Source of the DNA: Oopsacas minuta
Lineage: Eukaryota > Animalia > Porifera
DNA length: 11,265 nt
Reading direction: 5' to 3'
NCBI GenBank assembly: GCA_024704765.1
Contig: JAKMXF010000092.1
Location: 15,742-27,006 of the forward strand
Made by a program: the position numbers and the translations under genes. Numbering within the stretch: the stretch's first letter is position 1; every line of letters starts with the position of its first letter. Shown piece by piece: positions 1-7,559 of the stretch. The notes beneath the pieces are model-generated. The model saw nothing but the letters and a program-made list of their open reading frames with translations, was not told the origin of the DNA and ran no database searches.

Positions 1-802
1 CATCTACACTTTGTGTCAAATTCTCCTCTCCTCTTTTCAATTCATTTGCCATTTGTGTTATAGATTCTTCGGTAAAATTTGAGAGATAATTTATAATGAT
101 AATCTTGTCAAACGTCTGTTTTCCCAAACCTTCACGTGTAATAAATATTTCTTTGTAAGCTGATAATAATCTCTGGAAAGGATTTCTCGCTATCAAAAAC
201 TTTGTGTAGGTCTGGTATCTACGTGCGTTTAGTTTTGGTTTCCGATAATTGAAATACAGTGATATCCTACGCATGTTATCTGGGTATGGAAGATGTCCTC
301 TCTTTATTTCTTCCAATTTTGTGAGAACTTGAGTCCATGTACGAGAACTCACCTTCAGCACCGCACACTCAAGCAATTCAGATTCATCACTGAAACGTAC
401 TCGATTATTTTCTCCCCCAAAGTTATACACTCCTTTACTTTGGAGTAGTGAGACACTACAGAATTTCTCTATCCTATCAATTCTATCATGTAGATATTTG
501 TGTTGTAAGTTGAGTGGATGTAGACCCTTTGACATCATTTTCATGCGATAACCATCTGTGAATGTAAGCGTTTTCTCATTGATATTAGTTGTAACCAGGA
601 CTTCTTGGTCCCAGTTCTCACTATAATCTATCCAGCTACCATTACCCTCTATTAATTTCTCATTATTATTTGTGTGAATTTCAATTTCCACAAAATTTTC
701 TTCGTATGGCCCATCGAATTGAAGATAGAACGTTGTAACAAGGGCTACTAATATTATTGCTACGAAGAAAATCAGCAATCCTATTTGTTTCAAGTCCTTC
801 AT
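1..802 (-). CDS. Carbohydrate sulfotransferase (CHST8-14/HNK-1ST-like, Sulfotransfer_2 family), type II membrane protein, 3'-partial (runs off left edge)
   Basis: Manual reverse-strand translation from ATG at 802 is stop-free for 267 codons: MKDLKQIGLLIFFVAIILVALVTTFYLQ (signal-anchor) ... ECAVLKVSSRTWTQVL (5'-PSB-like) ... YTKFLIARNPFQRLLSAYKEIF (3'-PB-like) ... ELKRGEENLTQSVD. Subfamily cannot be fixed without a search. Confidence 0.85.
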   Translation of the reverse strand, partial: MKDLKQIGLLIFFVAIILVALVTTFYLQFDGPYEENFVEIEIHTNNNEKLIEGNGSWIDYSENWDQEVLVTTNINEKTLTFTDGYRMKMMSKGLHPLNLQHKYLHDRIDRIEKFCSVSLLQSKGVYNFGGENNRVRFSDESELLECAVLKVSSRTWTQVLTKLEEIKRGHLPYPDNMRRISLYFNYRKPKLNARRYQTYTKFLIARNPFQRLLSAYKEIFITREGLGKQTFDKIIIINYLSNFTEESITQMANELKRGEENLTQSVD

Positions 803-934
803 ATCAATTAGCAGAATTTTGAGTGGAAAAGTATAGTCTTCCAATTATATCCATACTACTAGATTTATGATCTCATATAATTGTATATGTTAATTAACCT
901 AAACAAGGAGCTCATACTATTTCTGTCTGAACAG

Positions 935-1024
935 TATCAGGTTAAAAATAAATATTTATTACACCTAACGGTTTGGGAAAACAGACATTTAGCAAAATTA
1001 TCATTATAAATTATCTCCAAAATT
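935..1024 (+). pseudogene. Inverted fragment of a paralogous CHST gene (piece A)
   Basis: 78/90 nt identical, ungapped, to the reverse complement of 76-165. Reads SG*K*IFITPNGLGKQTFSKIIIINYLQN versus SAYKEIFITREGLGKQTFDKIIIINYLSN, with two in-frame TAA stops. Confidence 0.85.
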
Positions 1025-1041
1025 GAGCTATTTATAGGTGA

Positions 1042-1057
1042 GTAGCGCATGCGCTAC
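1042..1057. promoter_or_regulatory. Perfect 16-bp palindrome containing an NRF1-type core GCGCATGCGC; candidate promoter element
   Basis: GTAGCGCATGCGCTAC is its own reverse complement, is GC-rich in an AT-rich background, and lies about 240 bp upstream of the CHST ATG. Function is inferred only. Confidence 0.45.
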
Positions 1058-1261
1058 ATTAGGATTATTGGTAAGTCATATTTATAGATAACGTTATCAT
1101 TTCAACCATAGTTACCCAAACTGCTGAATTGAATGTGATTAGATAAGTTTCGAAACCACATTACGGCAAGTGGTCATCGGAATGGGGTCTAGCACATTTG
1201 TGTACAGTATGTTATTATTTGTTGAATTCAAACAAATTCATATATATATTTAATGATTAGG

Positions 1262-1358
1262 CCATATCTCGTTAATACGAATTTCTGATAAGACGAACAA
1301 TATTCGTACATAATCAGGTCCCTACAACCGTACTTCAATGGATATTACTCCGGTTTAT
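1262..1358 (+). mobile_element. Decayed MITE copy (Tc1/mariner-pogo-like), inverted relative to the copy at 5375-5481
   Basis: AATCAGGTCCCTACAA (1312-1327) is the exact reverse complement of 5411-5426, with flanking partial matches (GTTAATACGAATTTCTGATAAGA versus GTTAATACTAATTTCCTTGATAAGA). Confidence 0.5.
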
Positions 1359-1394
1359 GAGCTCCAGAAAGGCGAATAAATTCTAACCGTTGAT

Positions 1395-1395
1395 N
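1395..1395. other. Ambiguous base N (possible collapsed assembly gap)
   Basis: Single n in TGATNGATTA. Confidence 0.5.
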
Positions 1396-2908
1396 GATTA
1401 GTTACAAATGAAATACGAGAACTAAGTGAATATATTGCAACATGCAAGATAGTTCAGTGGTTCGATTACGTTTTGAAAGTATAATATTGGATAATTACTT
1501 TTCTTGAGTTTAATATGCAACATTCATATTCTAATAAACTCTATAATGAGTTAGGTAACAACATGTAAGAGATTTCAGTGATTCTCAAAGAGATTACTTT
1601 ATGTAGTTTTTACTGAGCTTCAAAATTGAGTCATTTATGCCGCGGTTCATAGACTGCTATACTCACCTGTATTGCAAAATTTCAAATATATTGTGGAAGA
1701 TATCCCGAATATTGTTGATTCGTCTTTACTCATTTACCATTTCATCGTTCAACTATTAATAGCAGTATAATTCATGTCAATTGTTGGGGGTTGTCTTATC
1801 CATGAACTTGAGTTCATATTTCAAATTTAAGATATTTCATTACATTCAAGAATTATAGTAGGTTTGCATATCAATCGACTCGACTTAATTACACTAGCTT
1901 ATGTCCAGATCTGAGACGTTTCAATCGTGAGATATCCCTGACGATTGCATTGGAATTGTAAGTGTATATATTTCTGGTTATTCATGTGGATTATAGTTAA
2001 TATCTCATTTCATACTTTTGCCATGCAAAATACTCCGAATTCGCCTCTTTATACATTATTATTTTTGTATTTCCTCTAGCCTTGCTATGCTACTTGCTTT
2101 TCTCTGATGAACAAGTATTGTACATTCATTTCTAACTCCATACGTTTGTTCAACATTACTTATATACTCAGTATTATGGCCTCTGAGATTTTTAGATTGT
2201 ATTATGTTTTTGCGTTTTTATTGTATAGATTGACTATTATTTAGTATTTATGGGGAAATCAGACGACTCTACAATTATACAACATAAATAATCAAAAGAA
2301 CAAAATATTAAACAATATGGCAGCAGGTAATGTTCAGGTCCTCATCATACACTTCTTTCTCCAACTCACTATAGTATTGCAGTATCACAGTAGTATTCAT
2401 TCATCAGTGCGAAGCAAGATAAGTAGTGATTCTAGAAAATATACATATATAAAGTTCCGCACTGAAAATGGCTCAATGTAAGAAATTCGGTCGAATATGC
2501 AAATTTTGGTTTGAAACAGGTTGTGGGACAAATAGTAACTCACCAACTCTGGGATAGAATTCATTCTTTCTCACTTCTGAATTTCTTGATAATTTGGAAA
2601 ATATCAACCTCATTCCTCCCAATACTTTCCTGTATAGCATTAAAGAGGAGTTCTACCAGTCTCAATACAATTAATCTCAATTTAATTTCTCCGTTTTATA
2701 CATACAAATGTATAGGATAGATTATTAAGTAATTTGACTGAGGTTTGCTGTACTATCAGTATATGGAAATTTTAACTTTAGAGATATATTCTTACATTTA
2801 TCTGTGTTGTAGGCAGTCAAAGAGTTAAATTACTCAAATTACTATTAAATAATAGAATACTTGTGTATTGGAGAAGTTCTGTTTGGAAAGATAATTTATG
2901 GTGAAGGA

Positions 2909-2975
2909 ATGAGAACAGAATATTTGTATATTTTGATAGTATTTGTGCTGCAGATATTGTCAGTTATTGGACAAG
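2909..2975 (+). CDS. Ig-like secreted protein, exon 1 (signal peptide)
   Basis: MRTEYLYILIVFVLQILSVIGQ, hydrophobic core, followed by phase-1 donor G|GTAATA; 67 nt = 22 codons + 1. Confidence 0.7.
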
Positions 2976-2998
2976 GTAATAAATATATGTGAATTTAC

Positions 2999-3137
2999 TG
3001 GGTATTACTTATAAGAACACTGGTTATCTAATATAGGAACCATCCTCTTGTAAACGGTTCTCATATTTTGTATAATATAAAACGGTTATGAGAACATATA
3101 TTGCTACTCCCAAGGGTGTTCTTATAAGCGATAACCA
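2999..3137. mobile_element. MITE in intron 1
   Basis: Terminal inverted repeats 19/22 identical with a perfect 13-bp core CTTATAAGAACAC (3008-3020) / GTGTTCTTATAAG (3116-3128); non-coding interior. Confidence 0.65.
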
Positions 3138-3289
3138 TTGTGTATACAATTAGCAGTTAAATTCGTACTCATTTTGCTGAGTACACAAGTATAAATCGAA
3201 AACTCCTTATTTATAATATATAGAAGGGGAGGATATTTCATTATTTTCGTAAGAGTTTTGATGGGATTTATGATTTCTTAATTTTCTAG

Positions 3290-3553
3290 AACCTCAAATA
3301 ACAATATCAACCACAAGCACCCTTTACACAAACTTACCTCCCGACAGCAACACTCCAGAAATTATTGTACTAACTCAGGATGTTACTTTACAAGCTAATA
3401 AAGCAGGGATATGGCAGAGACCTGACAAAACATATAATAGCGATAATACAATCAATTTTGATGTTTTCACTATAGCCTATGTTGGTTTGTACAAATTTTA
3501 TGCTTATGGTGGAGACGGAGATTTAACTATACAGATTGACATTTCTGCTACAG
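3290..3553 (+). CDS. Ig-like protein exon 2 (cysteine-free Ig-like module, type A)
   Basis: Acceptor TTTTCTAG|, donor G|GTAAAT, 264 nt (3n, phase 1-1), stop-free: EPQITISTTSTLY...VTLQANKAGIWQRPD...VGLYKFY...TIQIDISAT. Paralogous to exon 5. Not in the ORF track. Confidence 0.8.
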
Positions 3554-3919
3554 GTAAATATGGCTTATATCACGTCTGTAAGTATATACTTCAGTAAATA
3601 TTGTGGAATCCGTCTATTAGCTACTGTTTTCATCGACAGGGTCAAAAAGTGATGGTTTGAATGGTAACTTGTGTGTATAATAGAACAGAGCTTACAGAAA
3701 AAGTATTGGTAATACAACTAGATATATCTGTCGATCACGGCTGAAGATTTGGGATCATAATGAAGAGGAACACAAATAAGTTATTATTTCGTTTTCTGCA
3801 TTCCCGACAATTTCGATATTTCACAGCTTGATAACGTCATAAAATCACACATTTGCAGACCGTATTCGGTTGAACTAATGTATATTGTAATAAGTTTTGA
3901 TATACAACATTTCCTCCAG

Positions 3920-4201
3920 GTACTAACTTTGCTGAAATGACGTCATCTGGAGTATACAACTTCCTTACTGGTTATGAAGTGTTCTATACTGATACTACAT
4001 TAATTTGTGCTACAAGTGATTCAACTGAACCTCAATGGAGTAAGATAGGAATTCCAAGTGGTAACAATGCACCATCAGGCATATGGAATTCTGATACAGG
4101 AATAAGTACATTGAGTATACAAACAACAGCACAAGGATATTATACATGTAGTGAAGGAGCACTCTTCACTGCATCTATATTTGATCAAAGTATTACAACA
4201 G
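3920..4201 (+). CDS. Ig-like protein exon 3 (Ig module with C-W-C, type B)
   Basis: Acceptor TTTCCTCCAG|, donor G|GTAAGA, 282 nt phase 1-1; TTLICATS...PQWS...STLSIQ...QGYYTC. Confidence 0.8.
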
Positions 4202-4265
4202 GTAAGATAGAAATAGAAATGTGAAATTCTATAATGAATATTTGAACATATTCATGTGTATTTAG

Positions 4266-4490
4266 TTGTGAAGCAAGGAGAAGAATACACATACTCATAT
4301 ACTAAGGGAGTAGATTCTTCAGATATACAACTGTTTTGTGCAAATAGTATTAACAGAGCATTTCCTGATATGAAATGGGGTTCATTTGGGAATCCTGTAA
4401 TTCCCAATAATGTACCAAACCAAGAGTCTGGTACATTTGATTGTACATTTGGACCCATTGATATACTAAGTATCGATCTATTAGTACAAG
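4266..4490 (+). CDS. Ig-like protein exon 4 (short Ig module, type C)
   Basis: Acceptor TATTTAG| after a 64-nt intron, donor G|GTGAGT, 225 nt phase 1-1; IQLFCAN...MKWG...SGTFDCT. Confidence 0.8.
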
Positions 4491-4562
4491 GTGAGTACCT
4501 TTATACGTATTTCCTCAGAATAAACTTTGAATGTATTATTCCAAATTTTGTTTATTTTATAG

Positions 4563-4844
4563 GAACACCTGCAATAACACTATCCACTACACCAGATACA
4601 ATATATTCTATGTTACCTACTGCAACAGATAACAATACGGCAAATATACCAGTGTTATCTGTGAATGTTACGCTACAAACTAACCTCATTGGAAGATGGC
4701 TCGAACCTGATGGATCTTATATTGATGGAAACATTATAGAAATCATAGTATTCACTGTAGATCTTGTTGGTATTTATCAGTTTAGTGTAATTAATTGGGA
4801 AAATCAGGAAGAGAAAGCAATACAGATCAATATTTCTGCAATCG
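4563..4844 (+). CDS. Ig-like protein exon 5 (type A' module)
   Basis: Acceptor TTTTATAG| after a 72-nt intron, donor G|GTAAGA, 282 nt phase 1-1; PAITLSTT...VTLQTNLIGRWLEPDG...VGIYQF...AIQINISAI aligns with exon 2. Confidence 0.8.
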
Positions 4845-4862
4845 GTAAGATATAATTATGCA

Positions 4863-4994
4863 CAGTAGAACTCGGTAAACAAAAGTTAGTACTTACTAAC
4901 CGATGTATGTCTTATCTGAATATTTTCCTATACAATTAATATAATACTTGATAATCCGTTTGGGAAAAACGTACGCACTAATCGAGTTCTACTG
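4863..4994. mobile_element. 132-bp Tc1/mariner (pogo-like) MITE in intron 5
   Basis: Perfect 12-bp TIRs CAGTAGAACTCG / CGAGTTCTACTG; flanks CA (left) and TA (right), consistent with a decayed TA target duplication. Confidence 0.8.
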
Positions 4995-5012
4995 TATTTC
5001 CTTATATTTTAG

Positions 5013-5330
5013 GTACCAGCATTGGAATGGAAGCAAATTCCAGTATTACAACAATATCTTCTAACACTATATTCTATCAAGACACTATCACACTTATTGC
5101 AGCTACCAATAAGATAACCTTACAGCAAAATGATGTTGTATGGTCTTATCAGAGGTCATTTAATGATACTAAGTCAAATATTCCTGAAACAAGTAATGAA
5201 CCAATGAGAAGTATCAGTAAACTGAATCTAGATACAAAACCTAATGGCTACTATACTGTGTCTATCAGAGATGATAACTCCATGACTCATCAGTATATTG
5301 TGGGAGCATTCAACTCGACCAATGTATACG
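5013..5330 (+). CDS. Ig-like protein exon 6 (type B' module); donor non-canonical
   Basis: Acceptor TATTTTAG|; ITLIAATN...VVWSY...ISKLNL...NGYYTVS aligns with exon 3. A 318-nt (3n) exon would end at G|ATAAGT. Read-through stops at 5405-5407. Confidence 0.7.
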
Positions 5331-5374
5331 ATAAGTATAGTGTTGTATGTACTTATCCCATGAACAGAGGCCGG

Positions 5375-5481
5375 TATTTGTTATCCAGAGAAATACCAAT
5401 TGAATAACCATTGTAGGGACCTGATTTTATCTTATCAAGGAAATTAGTATTAACTGTGATCGTATTATCGAGGTTTCATTG
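5375..5481 (-). mobile_element. Truncated pogo-like MITE
   Basis: End CGAGGTTTCATTG (5469-5481; reverse complement CAATGAAACCTCG, TIR-like) and internal identity with 1262-1358. Opposite TIR not found. Confidence 0.5.
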
Positions 5482-5492
5482 TGAGGGAATTA

Positions 5493-5928
5493 CAGAGCAT
5501 TAAGCGCTCCTCATTTTTGGAGCTCCCGCATCCGCTCTTTACTCAGAAAAGGTGTGCATTGTGGCTCCCGCTCCAGGAAAAATAGAACGCGCTTCAATCG
5601 CGCTTCTTTTCATTCTCTCAGATTTCCATTACATTTGTATTATAAGTGATCAGGATTGAATTTAACCATAGTACATACGAGAAATTGTTAAATGTGCAAC
5701 GTCCAACCATTTCAAAATTGTGAATCCACTTTTTTCCGTAAGAGTACTGAATTTTATGCAGAATAACGATGAAATTTGTAAATAGTTCGCAATTAAATAG
5801 GAGCGCAGTATAGTGTGTGTGCGCTCCTTCAAAAATGGAGCACAGCTCCATCTTCTGCTCATGAATCATTATTGGAATCCACTCCAGGTCCCGCTCCACA
5901 AAACGGAACGCGCTCCTTTAATCCTCTT
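5493..5928. mobile_element. Non-autonomous hAT-like DNA transposon (436 bp)
   Basis: 8-bp target duplication GGGAATTA (5485-5492) / GGGAATTG (5929-5936). Imperfect 12-bp TIR CAGAGCATTAAG versus AAGAGGATTAAA (9/12). Clustered GCTCC/GGAGC subterminal motifs at both ends. Confidence 0.7.
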
Positions 5929-5993
5929 GGGAATTGTAACACTTAATAACTCTGTAAATTGACACAATTATTCGTTCCAAATTGTATCTCTAG

Positions 5994-6529
5994 AAGGTGC
6001 ACAAGTGACGCTGTTGGACAAGAGTGATAATAATTCAAAGTCATTTTTCCAATTGATAGAGAGATTCCAGAATTTCGTTGGCTATCCTCTCAAATTCTTT
6101 CATATTATACGCAATCCTTACGATAACATAGCAACCCTATATCTCTACTCTATTTCACGACAAATACGAAAAGAAGCATTCGCCAAAAATCTAACAGTGG
6201 AGACAAATCCAAAAGGTTTAATGGGACTTGCTAGGGCTCACATTTCTGATGTCAAGAAATTACAAAGACATATCGAGTACTTCGGTAACAGATTGCTAAC
6301 TCTCCATAATGAAGATATGGTCTCTAATCCGAAATTATTCATGAAAAGAATGTGCAATCACATGGAAATATACTGCAATGATTATTATCTAGAAAAAACC
6401 TCTGAGAAAGTGTTCTCTAGTGTTACTAAGAGTAGGCACAGTTTAGACTGGAGACAAGATGTGAAAAAGCTAATTGATACTGCTATACAGACATATCCTT
6501 TTCTCAATAGATATTCTTTTGAGAATTAA
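5994..6529 (+). CDS. Terminal exon encoding the C-terminal half of a P-loop sulfotransferase-like protein (family distinct from CHST)
   Basis: Acceptor TTGTATCTCTAG| (phase 1), stop-free 536 nt; motifs PLKFFHIIRNPYDNIAT (3'-phosphate-binding-like), LHNEDMVSNP, YPFLNRYSF. No N-terminal PAPS-binding P-loop found upstream in the window. Confidence 0.7.
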
Positions 6530-6930
6530 TTTTACAAATGTAGCCATCCCTCTTTAATGTTTACAAATAGGTCTATTTTATGCGTGGATTATTTATGACT
6601 TTTGTGTATTACTGTCCTGATTATAATTTAAGATAGTGTCTCATAATACACTGGGTGGCTTGATACATTTGTCCTTTGCTTGTTGTTCGAGTGTATTTGA
6701 CACACTTTTGAGTTGTTATCAACTGTAGTATATGATGAAATGCAGAGTGAGCCATCTTGTTGTCCATTCATTAAGGTAGTAATAATATACACTATCTCAC
6801 CATACTTTGCATCGTTAACAAATTTCACTGTCTCGCCATTATTTACTACTTATGCATTATCTCACAATTCTTTTCTAAAAGATATTCAGCCACCAGACTG
6901 GGAGTGCAACTCATGACTATTTGTTTGTGT

Positions 6931-6960
6931 TATGATTAATCATATGATTAATCATATGAT
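6931..6960. repeat. Tandem palindromic 12-mer (ATGATTAATCAT)x2.4 forming a 26-bp perfect palindrome
   Basis: TATGATTAATCATATGATTAATCATA (6931-6956) equals its reverse complement. Confidence 0.9.
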
Positions 6961-7287
6961 AGATCTGTGAATTAGTTACTTTAGAGCTCTGAATTTTTCA
7001 AAATCGGACTATGCGCACCCAATTACCCCTGACAACATGTTGAAACCTAATCTCTAGCTTGCTTTTGTATTTTACATAGAAAGGTTTGAAAATATGATTA
7101 ATCACCAAAAAGGTGTGAACTATTCACATTCATGCTCGAGGTGCAAATCTCCGACCCAAAATGTATATGTATGGCAATTTATATGTAAATTGGACTGTTA
7201 GATTTCGCACGGCCGCGCGGACGGACAGACGGACGTAGCACGTCGTCTGTGCCATTAGGGCATCTCCCTATAGGAGCTGCAGTAAAA
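6931..7287. mobile_element. DINE-1/HINE-like (Helentron-type) non-autonomous element remnant
   Basis: GGAC/AGAC microsatellite (7219-7235), terminal hairpin GCATCTCC-CTATA-GGAGCTGC (7260-7280) followed by an A-run, and a block shared with 7796-7820 (ATATGATTAATC..CAAAA..GTGTGAA). Boundaries and superfamily are tentative. Confidence 0.4.
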
Positions 7288-7374
7288 TTACAAATGTACA
7301 CCATGTATAATTTGTCAACATCATGCCTGTTAATTCAGTTATTATGTCTAAAATCCGAAGCAATATTTCAGATA

Positions 7375-7456
7375 CAAGGCTTTGGCTCGTCGCATTGCGC
7401 CTCGAGGTATCCATATATTCTCTAAATTGACGGCCCTTTGAGTATTATAATATAGA
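7375..7456 (-). mobile_element. 82-bp minimal non-autonomous Helitron
   Basis: Minus strand reads A|TCTATATTAT...CTCG-AGG-CGC-AAT-GCG-A-CGAG-CCAAAGC-CTTG|T: 5' TC, GC-rich hairpin 11 nt from the end, CTTG (CTRR variant) 3' end, A|T target, no TSD. Confidence 0.6.
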
Positions 7457-7559
7457 TAAATCTAGAACAATGTAATTCACAAATATATGTATATGTCATA
7501 AATATTATTGAATTGTTTTGTAAGATCAACCTCCTTTGTATCCGTTGAGAGCAGGTATC

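Noticed and set aside
1671-1870. Minus-strand pseudo-exon ending in CAG|GTGAGT with an ILEC...W pattern
   Set aside because: Four in-frame stops and no convincing homology.
2511-2720. 69-aa ORF from the track
   Set aside because: TTG start, no recognisable motif, no splice support; lies in a non-coding region.
4252-4458. 68-aa minus-strand ORF
   Set aside because: Antisense shadow of Ig exon 4.
5618-5899. Two minus-strand ORFs (93 and 66 aa)
   Set aside because: Inside the non-autonomous hAT-like element; no transposase motifs recognised.
5331-5993. U12-type (AT-initiated) intron explanation for the odd donor
   Set aside because: ATAAGT lacks the ATATCCT U12 donor consensus; it looks like a mutated U2 donor.
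6628-6916. Overlapping 66/67-aa ORFs; faint resemblance of TVKFVNDAKYGEIVY to CACTA transposase C-termini
   Set aside because: Too short and interrupted by stops to support a call without a search.
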